Positions 7,847 through 17,591 of a DNA stretch of 64,000 bases are shown piece by piece. The notes beneath the pieces are model-generated. The model made no database searches. It saw nothing but the letters and a program-made list of their open reading frames with translations, and was not told the DNA's origin. Origin of the DNA: Rikenellaceae bacterium (GTDB lineage: Bacteria; Bacteroidota; Bacteroidia; Bacteroidales; UBA932); assembly GCA_900769145.1 (NCBI GenBank), contig CAAGFN010000160.1, forward strand, positions 741 to 64,740. The letters are read 5' to 3'. Position 1 is the first letter of the stretch; every line of letters starts with the position of its first letter. The position numbers were made by a program, and so were the translations under genes.

Positions 7847-10800
7847 TTAGAATGTTATCGACGCTCCACCGGTGATAGTTTTGTAGAGAGGATATGTGGA
7901 TACTCCCGCATTGACCGTCTCCGGATCAAGATGCCCGTCAGCCGAGATAATGAAGAGATTGGTTCCACGGACAAACAGTCTCAGTTTCTTGACACCCGCT
8001 TTCAGGAAATCAAAGGTATAACTGAGTTCCGCATCCTTCAGTCTGAAGAATGACGCATTCTGGAGCCAGAATGTGGAATTGACGAAGTTATTTGCCGCCG
8101 ACCTGGTTGTCAGTGAAGGATATTTTCCGTCCGGATTGTTCTCCGGGTGATATCTTTCCAGGGCAATGACGGAGTACTTGTCCTCACCGTCAATCTGCCA
8201 GAATGAGTTGTCATTGAAGCTCCACTTTCCGGCTTGGGCCGTTCCGCAGAGGAAGAGTTCCCAACCCTTGTAGCCGAGTCTCACATCGATGCCGGAAGTC
8301 AATCTCGGGAAACGGTTTCCTATCATTGTCCTGTCCCTAGAGTCAACGTGGCCATCATTGTTCGTATCTGCATAGGCAATACTGCCGTTGCCATAATCAC
8401 CGAAATGCTGAAGAGGGGCACCGTCAAGGGCTACATCCCTACCGAAGAGTCCGAGAGCAGTGTGTCCGAACATGGCATCCGTCGGTTTGCCTACTGCTAC
8501 AGTACCGCCGTCCGGATAGTTGACCTGGTTCCAGGAGAGGAGTTTGTTGGCAGTCCACGTGGCATTCACACCAATCTCATAGTGGAAATCGCCTACCCTG
8601 TCATTCCAGGAAATCCTGCCGTCCATTCCCCAGTTCCTGACGGAACCGCCGTTCACAACAGTGACGAAGTCACCGTGTACGGCTGCAAGATCAGCAGTCT
8701 GAGCTGTGACGATATTATTTCTTGTCTCCCTGAAGCCGTCGACGGTTACATTAAGACGATGCCCCAGGAATGACCCGTCAATACCGATGTTCAACTCATT
8801 GGAATACTCCCACTTCACATCCTTGCCGAAGCGGACGAATGATGTGGTCCTTTCTACAGTTCCCTTGTTCTGCTCTCCAAGAGTATAGTTTCCTCCGTTC
8901 GACCACGCTGTCTCGTAAAGGAGATAGCCGGTATTTCTGTCAAATCCCAGATGTCCGAAACTTGCCCTCAATTTTAGAAAATCAACGCCCCGTGCCGATT
9001 TCAGGAAAGGTTCATTGGAGATAATCCAGCTCGCTCCGACCGCATATGCCAGGAAATGCCTGTTTCCCTTGGCATATCTGGCACTGCCCATCAATGAACC
9101 GGTCGCCTCAATCGCATAACGCTGGTCATAGTCATATGAAACTCTGAGATTGAGATTCTCATTTCTGTGGTTCTGTCCTGAACCGTTCACCTCATTCTGA
9201 TAGTAGTTATAGAGGAGTCCGGCATCCAAACCGTGCTTGCCAAATACTCTGGAATAGTCCGCGCGGGCATAGAACCCGAGAGTCTGGTTGAAATTGTCGG
9301 ATGTCCTGCTCTGGTTGGACTGAAGGCTCTGTTTGCGCATCTGCACGAACTCAATGTCATCCATATTGGTCCCGCGGATGGCGTATGTAGGATAAATATT
9401 GGTCTGTCCCTGCCCGAAATAACTGTAGTTGTCATACATCAGGGCCGCCTTGGCCTTCAATCCCTTGACGAAGATATCGAAGTCGAAGTCCAGGCCAAGA
9501 TTGACCATACTGTTGATGTACCTCTCGGCATTGAAGCCTCCGTATTCCATATCGGCGAGAAGATTGCCTCCTGACCTGTTGGTACATCCGAAAAACGGAA
9601 CTCCATCCTCATTTGGGGCCAGACCGAGGTCTTCGGCCGATATCATCAACGGGTACTCATTCGGACGGTTGCCTGACAATGCTCCATACACAGAACTCAT
9701 ATTCCTCTGTCCCCACTCACGCACCTCCAGGCGGGCTGCAGCATCGGCGAAGACATTGAGATAGTCAGTGACTTTCACGTCAATGTTGCCCCTGATGTTG
9801 AACCTGTCGAGAGACGGGAGCTTGCCCACAGACTCGAAGCCCGTTCCCCGCTTGTAATTGAGAATAAGGGAGTACCTGATTCTGTCCGTTCCTCCAGTCA
9901 TATCCACCATAAAGTTCTTGTAAGTACTGGTGTTCCTCGTGAAATAGTCATACCAGTCCACATCAGGATAGAGCAGGTCGTTAGGACCTGTAGAATTGCG
10001 GTATCCCTCAATCTGTTCCGGACTGTATTTCGGAGCCAGGCCGTCATTGGCCCTGGCTTCATTGTAGAGTGCGACATATTCATAGGCATTGAGATACTCC
10101 GGCACACGGGCGGCAACATTGACTCCGCACTCTGCAGTGGCCCTGATTACCCTGGTGCCGGCCTTGCCGCGCTTGGTCGTGATGATAAGGACGCCATTGG
10201 CCGCACGCGGTCCGTACAGTATCTTGGCCACGGCATCCTTAAGGACCTCGACTTTCTCCACTTCCTCCGGAACAATGTCGGAGATTGTCCTTTCGAGACC
10301 ATCCACAATGAAGATTGCCCCATTGCCATCATTGCCGTGATTACCCCTGATATAGACATCCGGAACATTGTTGCCCAGACCGCTTGCGCTCAACATTACC
10401 TGAAGTCCCGGGATACGTCCCTGAAGAATATTGGAGAACACCATCTCGGGATAAGCTTCCAATTCATCTCCATCTATGGAAGATATGGCGGCTGCGGACG
10501 TGGATGTCCTTGACCTTATGAGCATTATGCTCTCGGGAACAGTATTCTTTGTCACCGCAAACTGAACTTCCTCGAATCCTTCAGCCTGAAGCAGAAGATT
10601 CTGTTTCGGCTTGGTGGACAGGGATATGACACCTTCATCATCCGCATTCCACACAAAAGCGCCGGCGGAGGACAGTATCCTCGCATTGGTCACCGGCCTC
10701 CCTTCCGGATCCTCGATTCTAATCTTGAATGACAGCAGTTCAGCCTTTGCTCCGCCGGATTTACGGCCGGACTCAGCCGCAAAGGAATATCCGGATACTA

Positions 10801-10849
10801 GAAGCAGGGAGGCCAATGCGCTCACTATTATTTTGTATGTATTCATCAT
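7847..10849 (-). CDS. SusC family TonB-dependent outer membrane transporter
   Basis: 1000 aa with N-terminal signal, carboxypeptidase-regulatory-like domain, plug and barrel motifs (ILYGPRAANGVLIITTKRG), and a C-terminal F. Confidence 0.9.
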   Translation of the reverse strand: MMNTYKIIVSALASLLLVSGYSFAAESGRKSGGAKAELLSFKIRIEDPEGRPVTNARILSSAGAFVWNADDEGVISLSTKPKQNLLLQAEGFEEVQFAVTKNTVPESIMLIRSRTSTSAAAISSIDGDELEAYPEMVFSNILQGRIPGLQVMLSASGLGNNVPDVYIRGNHGNDGNGAIFIVDGLERTISDIVPEEVEKVEVLKDAVAKILYGPRAANGVLIITTKRGKAGTRVIRATAECGVNVAARVPEYLNAYEYVALYNEARANDGLAPKYSPEQIEGYRNSTGPNDLLYPDVDWYDYFTRNTSTYKNFMVDMTGGTDRIRYSLILNYKRGTGFESVGKLPSLDRFNIRGNIDVKVTDYLNVFADAAARLEVREWGQRNMSSVYGALSGNRPNEYPLMISAEDLGLAPNEDGVPFFGCTNRSGGNLLADMEYGGFNAERYINSMVNLGLDFDFDIFVKGLKAKAALMYDNYSYFGQGQTNIYPTYAIRGTNMDDIEFVQMRKQSLQSNQSRTSDNFNQTLGFYARADYSRVFGKHGLDAGLLYNYYQNEVNGSGQNHRNENLNLRVSYDYDQRYAIEATGSLMGSARYAKGNRHFLAYAVGASWIISNEPFLKSARGVDFLKLRASFGHLGFDRNTGYLLYETAWSNGGNYTLGEQNKGTVERTTSFVRFGKDVKWEYSNELNIGIDGSFLGHRLNVTVDGFRETRNNIVTAQTADLAAVHGDFVTVVNGGSVRNWGMDGRISWNDRVGDFHYEIGVNATWTANKLLSWNQVNYPDGGTVAVGKPTDAMFGHTALGLFGRDVALDGAPLQHFGDYGNGSIAYADTNNDGHVDSRDRTMIGNRFPRLTSGIDVRLGYKGWELFLCGTAQAGKWSFNDNSFWQIDGEDKYSVIALERYHPENNPDGKYPSLTTRSAANNFVNSTFWLQNASFFRLKDAELSYTFDFLKAGVKKLRLFVRGTNLFIISADGHLDPETVNAGVSTYPLYKTITGGASITF

Positions 10850-10876
10850 CGTGTGTTTTAGATTTGAAGAAAATCA

Positions 10877-12757
10877 TCACCAGAGCGGGTTCTGTACAAG
10901 ATTGTTCAATGAGGCCACATCGTTCATCGAGAACGGATACCAGTAATTCCTCATTTCGAATACTCTCTGTTCAGGGATCACGTCCACTACCTCGTAAGTG
11001 AACTTGAGAGTGGATTTATCCGCAACTTTGGCGTGATTAGGGTCAAGCGGTATCGCCTTGATTCCCTTGATCGGATACTGTTCCCCGAACAGTTCGTGCG
11101 CAATCATCCATCTGCGGATATCCCACCAACGGTTGTTCTCGAACATCAACTCGACGCAACGCTCGCGGCGATAAGCCTCACGGAACGCCACAGGATCATT
11201 GACTATCACTTCAGGGATATCGCTGACACCGGCCCTCGCGCGTATCACATTAAGAGCCTCCTCGGCGGTCATATCACAGCCGTCAACTTTGGCAGTCGCA
11301 CTTCCTGTCGCCTCAAATGACGCCTCGGCGAAATCCAGATATATCTGGGCAAACCTGATGTAAACCGTTATGTTCCTGTATTTGCGGTATTCACCCATAA
11401 AGGTGTCTGCCCCTTCCCAGATATATTTCTTGCACATATATCCAGTCACCTGACGGTTGTTGGTAGCCTTGTTCTCCGCAGCCTCCTTGTAAAGGTCTCC
11501 TCCCTGATACAATGTGATGTAGAGTTTCTCTCCCGTAACCTTCTGTCCCCACTTCTCGCCCGGGACAAGTATATTGTTGGCGAAGCGCGGATCCCTGTCC
11601 TTGTAAGGGTCCTGCGGATCATATCCTGAGCGGGCATCCGCTATCGGCCAGTATTGTCCGTCCGGGCCGCATTTCTCGAACATATCCACCATGTTCTGGG
11701 TAGGACAGCAATATGCCACTGCGTCATTTCCGGTTCCTTCGGCATACACTCCCGGAAGCCACATTGTCCTGAGATATCTTGTAAATGCCTCATTCTTGTT
11801 CACGGTTGCCCCAGGAGTGGCCTGAGATCTGTTGTACCAGAGATATTCAGGCTGGGTGTATGGGGGTGCGGTCCAGTAGAATATATGCCTGTAGGACTCT
11901 CCGCCAGGCATAAGCGCATAGCCGAACTGCGGATTTCCCGTCACATACTTTATGACATCGTATGCAGCCTTTGCTGCCACCGCGGCTCTTTCCTTGTCAT
12001 AATTCTTAATCTCAATGGTCTTGAGATCATTCTGCATCAGCGGGCTGGCATCATAGAGGCAGGCCATGGACTTCACTGCCATCGCAGCCACCTTGGTAGG
12101 ACGCCCTGTGTTGTCGGTATCCCACACATCGGGCAGGAGGGAAATCGCCTTGTCAAGGTCCGAAACCATCCAGTCGTGAGACTCGTGATATGTCATCCTC
12201 GGACGGTCCTCCTCACCTTCTCCGATGAAGAGCATATCGAATTTCGGCATTCCCCCATATCTCTTTATGAGCTGGAAATAGAACCATGCACGGAGAAAAT
12301 AAGCCTGGCCGAGCAGTTCGTCTTTCTGGGCACCGGTGATGACATTGACCTTGTCAACATCCCTGATGACCCTGTTCACGATACGCAGACCCTTGTAGGA
12401 ATGGTAGATGGACGTGCCGCCATTGTCGGAACTGTTGCCGATTTCGTATGCGGTAATGTTCTGGGAGAGCCAGTTTCCTGAGTTTAGAACCCTGGACTCC
12501 GCACTGTTATAGATACAACCAAGTTCATCCGAGAATGTTCCAGGATGGGAACGTCCGTTATTGGTTCCATGATATTTGTATATCTGGTCAAGATATGCGT
12601 ATGCCCCGTCCAGAAAACCGCGGAAAGAATTGTAATCCTTATAGACATCAGATTCCGACAATCCCATATCAGGAGATTTGTCTAGAAAATCCTCGCAGGA
12701 AGTAAGACATCCTACGGAAATCAGAAGTACCGACAGAATTATTGTAAGTCTTTTCAT
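10877..12757 (-). CDS. SusD/RagB family lipoprotein (second copy)
   Basis: 626 aa with lipobox GCLTSC. SusD-like composition, downstream of the second SusC. Confidence 0.9.
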   Translation of the reverse strand: MKRLTIILSVLLISVGCLTSCEDFLDKSPDMGLSESDVYKDYNSFRGFLDGAYAYLDQIYKYHGTNNGRSHPGTFSDELGCIYNSAESRVLNSGNWLSQNITAYEIGNSSDNGGTSIYHSYKGLRIVNRVIRDVDKVNVITGAQKDELLGQAYFLRAWFYFQLIKRYGGMPKFDMLFIGEGEEDRPRMTYHESHDWMVSDLDKAISLLPDVWDTDNTGRPTKVAAMAVKSMACLYDASPLMQNDLKTIEIKNYDKERAAVAAKAAYDVIKYVTGNPQFGYALMPGGESYRHIFYWTAPPYTQPEYLWYNRSQATPGATVNKNEAFTRYLRTMWLPGVYAEGTGNDAVAYCCPTQNMVDMFEKCGPDGQYWPIADARSGYDPQDPYKDRDPRFANNILVPGEKWGQKVTGEKLYITLYQGGDLYKEAAENKATNNRQVTGYMCKKYIWEGADTFMGEYRKYRNITVYIRFAQIYLDFAEASFEATGSATAKVDGCDMTAEEALNVIRARAGVSDIPEVIVNDPVAFREAYRRERCVELMFENNRWWDIRRWMIAHELFGEQYPIKGIKAIPLDPNHAKVADKSTLKFTYEVVDVIPEQRVFEMRNYWYPFSMNDVASLNNLVQNPLW

Positions 12758-12778
12758 GCTTTCAAAATTTATATTCCA

Positions 12779-15700
12779 TTAGAATGTCAGCCTGAGACCT
12801 GTGTTGTATCTCTTGATCAGCGGATAAACATCATTTCCGGATGTTTCCGGGTCCCTTCTCTTGTCCACTCCGGAGAATGTGAAAAGATTGTTGCCGTTCA
12901 CATAGACCTGAAGCCTGCTGATTCTCGCAGCCCGGAGCCATTTCTTCGGAAGTTCATAACTTAGTTCAACCTCCTTGAGCCTGGCATAAGAATGGTCAAC
13001 ATAGGTGTAGGTGCTGCCTTTGGTATTGTAATGATTCTTCTCCAGATGGGCTGCAGGTCTTGAAACCCCGTTCATACCGGCCTTTGCCACTGTCCATCTG
13101 TCAAGAGTTTTCGGCTGGGCCTTGACATTGGACTCAGGGAAATCCCAGAGGAACTGTGAAAGTTGATCCTTGTACACTCCCGTAGCGGCATATAGCATTG
13201 CACTGAAGCCGAGTCCCTTCCAGTTGAATCCAATACTTAGACTTCCTGTGGTAACAGGGTAGCTCAAGTGCTTCATCGGAATCATATCCTTGTCATTGAT
13301 GACTCCATCGGCATTGTAGTCCATATAGGCGAAGTCACCCGGGTCCAGCTTGTTCTGTGCGGCATTGGTGATATTCACCGTACTGTAGTTGAATATATCA
13401 TCGATTGAGGTCAGATTGCCGGCCACTATATACCTTGTCTGATACCCGATAGGCTTCCCGGCTTTCTTGAGGTAGTCGTCAAGCTTGGACGGATCATCTC
13501 TGAACACCACACGGTTCTCGCTTGTGGAGAAATTGAGTTTTGCGAAATAATGGAAATCCGTCCCGGCTTTCGCCGCCCACCCCATTTCGACATCAATACC
13601 GTGATTCTTGGTCTTGCCTATGTTCACGGACGGGAGGCCTGCTCCCACCCAAGGAGCCACCGTGTTCCTGGACATCAGGATACCGCGTCTCTTCTCGCTG
13701 AACAGGTCAACGGCAATCCTGAGATTGTGGACAAGAGTAAGTTCAATACCGAGATTCTGCTTGATGGCAGTCTCCCATGTCGCATTCGGATAAGCAAGGC
13801 TGCCCTCCGTATATATAGGCCCGAAATTCACGGTCTGGTCGTATCCGAACTGGGCATTGCCGCCTGAACTGTAAAGCTGGATATAGTTGAACCTTCCCGC
13901 ACCCCTGTCGCTACCTACCATACCGTAGGAATAGCGAAGCTTGAGATTGTTGAGCCATTTTTGCTTAAGACTCTTCATAAACGGTTCCTCTGTAACCCTC
14001 CAGCCCACTGAGAACGACGGGAAGAATCCGAATCTCTTGCCCGGGGCAAATTTCTCGGACCCGGTATATGAGGCATTGGCCTCTGCAAGATAGCGTTCCT
14101 TCCAGTTATAGGTCACGCGACCGACCCAGGCCTCCTCGAATGAGGAGAATGCCACTGAGGAGCCGCTTCCGGAGTCGGCCACCCTTCTGTTGAAGAGGGC
14201 CAACGCAGTCACATCGTGTCCCTTGAAGTTCCTGGCATAGTTCAATGCCACTTCATAGTAGAGTTCCCTGGTATGTCTCGAGAAATTGTCATAGGATGTC
14301 CCTACCGGCCTGTCATCCTCAATCTGGGCATCAGGGAACCTGAGTTCGGTAAGCAGCGGATATGTAACGGAGCCGTCTTCGGCTACAATCGGATTGGCAT
14401 AGTCGTATGTCCTGTAGTACCTTACAGCCACGGCCTTGCTGGACTCCGAGTCGGCGATTTCATATATCCTCGCCTTCATGATGCTGGATGACTTGCTCTG
14501 GGAACTGGTATATGATACAGAACCTTTCACAGACAGTCCTTTGGTAATCATGCTGAGGTCCTGATTGAGCACCACGTCATAGAAGCCCTGATAACTTGTG
14601 TATTGTCTCTGCCCCTGAAGGTTCATCTGCACGTAGATATTGCTGCCTCCAAGATTGTCGGAACCGTAATATCCGTCGGAATACATAATAGGGAACATGT
14701 TGGAAGGTGTCTCAAGCAAAGGCTTGAAGATATATGAGTCACCTCCGTCAGGGTCCCTGTAGCCAGGCTGGTTCCTGTAGGACATCTTGCCTGCGATATT
14801 CACGGAGAGCTTGGTCGTCTTCGTAATCTGGAAGTCCATATTGGACCTGAAATTGTACCTCTGATACCAGAAACGCGGATCAAACTCGTCCTGCTTCTGA
14901 ATATTGAATATATCGCCGTCGTTGAGATATCCCAAAGAAGCAAAATAGGTTACTCTGTCCGAACCGCCTCTTACGTTGAGATTGTAATTCTGCGAGAATC
15001 CGAAATTCTTGACAGACTGGTCCCACCAGTCAACTTCCGGAAAATAATCATTGTACGGGCCGTAATTGCCTATACGGTAGGCCTCCTCCCATGCAGAAAC
15101 GGTTGATTCCGGTATAACCTTGTCCCAGAGGCCATCATTTGCGGCAGCCTCATTGAACATCTTCATTGCAGTAGGATAGTCAGCCCATTCATAATCCGTA
15201 GTCGGTTGTTTGAAACCGAAGTTGGCAGAAAAGTTGACGGTAGTCCTGCCGCTATCTCCTCTCTTGGTGGTCAGAAGTATTACTCCGTTCGCACCCTTGA
15301 CTCCGAACACAGCAGTGGCCGAAGCGTCCTTAAGCACTGAGATGGATTCTATTTCATTGATATCCACATCGTTGAAATCACGTTCAATTCCATCCACGAG
15401 GACGAGAGGGGCTGCCGAACCCCAGGTGGCCTTGCCTCGGATGAAAATACTGGCGGCATCACTTCCCGGCTTGGAGTTGGTGCTGATGGATACAACTCCG
15501 GCCAACTGGCCCTGAAGAGCCTCAGAGACTGAATTAACCCTTGTGGCCTTTTCCAGATCCTCACCCTTGGCCGTACTGATGGAACCGACACTGGAAGCCT
15601 TCTTCTGCTGTCCATATCCCACGACCACCGTTTCCTCGAGCATCACGGCATCAGCAGTCATCGCCACGACAACAAAGGCCTGTCCGGCCTTCACCTTGAA

Positions 15701-15952
15701 AGACTCGTCCTCGTATCCGATACAGGAAAATATCAGTTCGGTACCGGGAGCAACCCTCATTGAGAAATTGCCGTCAATGTCAGTACTCGTTCCGGTAGTC
15801 GTCCCCTTCACGGTAACATTGGCACCGATGACAGGCTCGCCGGTAGAGTCATCCCTTACCTCTCCGGAGAGAATTATCTCCTGAGCCTGAAGGGCTGGCG
15901 ATGCCAGTAGCAGAGCAAAGACAAACAGGCATTTGAATACTTTTGTCCTCAT
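12779..15952 (-). CDS. SusC family TonB-dependent transporter (second copy)
   Basis: 1057 aa with signal peptide. Carries the SusC N-terminal extension and TonB-box region (EETVVVGYGQQKKASSVGS). Confidence 0.9.
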   Translation of the reverse strand: MRTKVFKCLFVFALLLASPALQAQEIILSGEVRDDSTGEPVIGANVTVKGTTTGTSTDIDGNFSMRVAPGTELIFSCIGYEDESFKVKAGQAFVVVAMTADAVMLEETVVVGYGQQKKASSVGSISTAKGEDLEKATRVNSVSEALQGQLAGVVSISTNSKPGSDAASIFIRGKATWGSAAPLVLVDGIERDFNDVDINEIESISVLKDASATAVFGVKGANGVILLTTKRGDSGRTTVNFSANFGFKQPTTDYEWADYPTAMKMFNEAAANDGLWDKVIPESTVSAWEEAYRIGNYGPYNDYFPEVDWWDQSVKNFGFSQNYNLNVRGGSDRVTYFASLGYLNDGDIFNIQKQDEFDPRFWYQRYNFRSNMDFQITKTTKLSVNIAGKMSYRNQPGYRDPDGGDSYIFKPLLETPSNMFPIMYSDGYYGSDNLGGSNIYVQMNLQGQRQYTSYQGFYDVVLNQDLSMITKGLSVKGSVSYTSSQSKSSSIMKARIYEIADSESSKAVAVRYYRTYDYANPIVAEDGSVTYPLLTELRFPDAQIEDDRPVGTSYDNFSRHTRELYYEVALNYARNFKGHDVTALALFNRRVADSGSGSSVAFSSFEEAWVGRVTYNWKERYLAEANASYTGSEKFAPGKRFGFFPSFSVGWRVTEEPFMKSLKQKWLNNLKLRYSYGMVGSDRGAGRFNYIQLYSSGGNAQFGYDQTVNFGPIYTEGSLAYPNATWETAIKQNLGIELTLVHNLRIAVDLFSEKRRGILMSRNTVAPWVGAGLPSVNIGKTKNHGIDVEMGWAAKAGTDFHYFAKLNFSTSENRVVFRDDPSKLDDYLKKAGKPIGYQTRYIVAGNLTSIDDIFNYSTVNITNAAQNKLDPGDFAYMDYNADGVINDKDMIPMKHLSYPVTTGSLSIGFNWKGLGFSAMLYAATGVYKDQLSQFLWDFPESNVKAQPKTLDRWTVAKAGMNGVSRPAAHLEKNHYNTKGSTYTYVDHSYARLKEVELSYELPKKWLRAARISRLQVYVNGNNLFTFSGVDKRRDPETSGNDVYPLIKRYNTGLRLTF

Positions 15953-15979
15953 AAGTTATCAATTCTAATGTTATAGCCG

Positions 15980-15987
15980 CAAATATA
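15980..15987 (-). promoter_or_regulatory. -7 box (TATATTTG on the minus strand) for the SusC/SusD operon
   Basis: Plus-strand caaatata at 15980..15987, about 30 nt upstream of the SusC ATG at 15952. Confidence 0.4.
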
Positions 15988-16136
15988 AACATATATAAAT
16001 TGCAGAGCCGACTACATTTCATTCAAAAAGGTTGGAAAATCATTCCCCGGCGCATAAATGCCCGAGGAAACACTCCCTGGCAGATTTTCAATACTATTTG
16101 AATTGAATTTCATCCCGACTACGTCAAATTATCGTC

Positions 16137-16144
16137 TATATTTG
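16137..16144 (+). promoter_or_regulatory. -7 box TATATTTG for the sulfatase operon
   Basis: ctatatttgcgg, about 23 nt upstream of the ATG at 16167. Confidence 0.45.
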
Positions 16145-16166
16145 CGGTTGTATAATAACTTCCACT

Positions 16167-17588
16167 ATGAATACAAAACTGCTTCTGTCATCGGCGGCAT
16201 TGCTCCCGCTGACCCTGACATCCTGCGGAGACAAGACCGCCAAGGCTGAACGGCTCCCCAATGTCATATATATAATGGCTGACGACCTAGGAATCGGAGA
16301 CCTCGGCTGCTACGGGCAGAAAATGATAAAGACGCCCGGCATCGACTCGCTGTCCCGCCTCGGAATGACATTCGCCAACCACTACTCCGGCTCCACCGTC
16401 AGCGCTCCTTCCAGATGCTGCCTGATGACCGGAAAACATACGGGTCACAGTTTCATCCGCGGCAACAAGGGTAATCCCGACACCGTCCTGAAGACCCATT
16501 TCGACTACCCTCTGGACGGAAGCGAGCTGACCGTCGGTGACCTTTTCAAGGAAGCCGGCTACACCACAGCCTGCGTGGGCAAATGGGGTCTTGGAGGACC
16601 GCGTACCACGGGCCATCCGAACCGCAGGGGCTTCGACTACTTCTTCGGCTATCTCGGCCAGGGCCGCGCGCACAGATATTATCCTGACTATCTCTGGGAG
16701 AATGAGGAGCAGGTAATGCTCGACAAAAAAGTATATTCGCACGACCTGATGATGAGCAAGGCCCTCGATTTCGTCAATGAAAATGCGGACAAGCCTTTCT
16801 TCCTATATCTCACCCCTACCATCCCGCACGCCGACCTCATCGTGCCGGAAGGCGAACTCGGGGAATATGACGGAATGTTCGAGGAAAAGCCGTATATCAA
16901 CAAGTCCAAGGACGGCAAGGGCTACACCAGCCAGCCCAAGCCGCGAGCCACATACGCAGCCATGGTGAGCCGCCTCGACAGGGATGTAAGCAGGCTGATG
17001 GGGCTTCTCAGGGCCAAGGGCATAGCCGACAACACCATTGTCATCTTCACCTCCGACAACGGAGTGCACAAGGAAGGCGGACACGACCCTGACTACTTCG
17101 ACTGCAACGGGGACTTCCGCGGAATCAAGCGTGATCTCTATGACGGCGGAATCCACACCCCGTTCATCGTCTATTGGCCGGGAGTAATCGAGCCTGGCAG
17201 CACCACGGACCACGTATCGGCATTCTGGGACTTCATGCCTACAGTCTGCGACCTCATCGGAGTCAAGGCCCCGAAGGACATCGACGGCATCTCATACCTC
17301 CCGACATTGACCGGGAAAGGCAAGCAGAAGAAGCACGACTATCTCTACTACGAGTTCCATGAGAAAGAAGGCCGCAAATGCGTGCTGAAGGACGGCTGGA
17401 AACTGGTCCAGCTCAGGGTCAATGTGCCTGGGGAAACATATTTCGAACTCTACGACCTCAACACCGACCCTGAGGAAAACAACAATGTCCTTGAAGCCAA
17501 TCCTTCCAAGGTCAAGGAACTAAAGAAGATAATGGAGGAGGCCCGCACGGAGAACCCTAACTGGAATTTCACACCGGACGCACCATAA
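16167..17588 (+). CDS. Ser-type sulfatase (arylsulfatase family) lipoprotein
   Basis: 473 aa with lipobox LTSCG. Sulfatase signature is S-A-P-S-R-CCLMTGK, with Ser rather than Cys at the formylglycine position. Confidence 0.9.
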   Translation: MNTKLLLSSAALLPLTLTSCGDKTAKAERLPNVIYIMADDLGIGDLGCYGQKMIKTPGIDSLSRLGMTFANHYSGSTVSAPSRCCLMTGKHTGHSFIRGNKGNPDTVLKTHFDYPLDGSELTVGDLFKEAGYTTACVGKWGLGGPRTTGHPNRRGFDYFFGYLGQGRAHRYYPDYLWENEEQVMLDKKVYSHDLMMSKALDFVNENADKPFFLYLTPTIPHADLIVPEGELGEYDGMFEEKPYINKSKDGKGYTSQPKPRATYAAMVSRLDRDVSRLMGLLRAKGIADNTIVIFTSDNGVHKEGGHDPDYFDCNGDFRGIKRDLYDGGIHTPFIVYWPGVIEPGSTTDHVSAFWDFMPTVCDLIGVKAPKDIDGISYLPTLTGKGKQKKHDYLYYEFHEKEGRKCVLKDGWKLVQLRVNVPGETYFELYDLNTDPEENNNVLEANPSKVKELKKIMEEARTENPNWNFTPDAP

Positions 17589-17591
17589 AAT

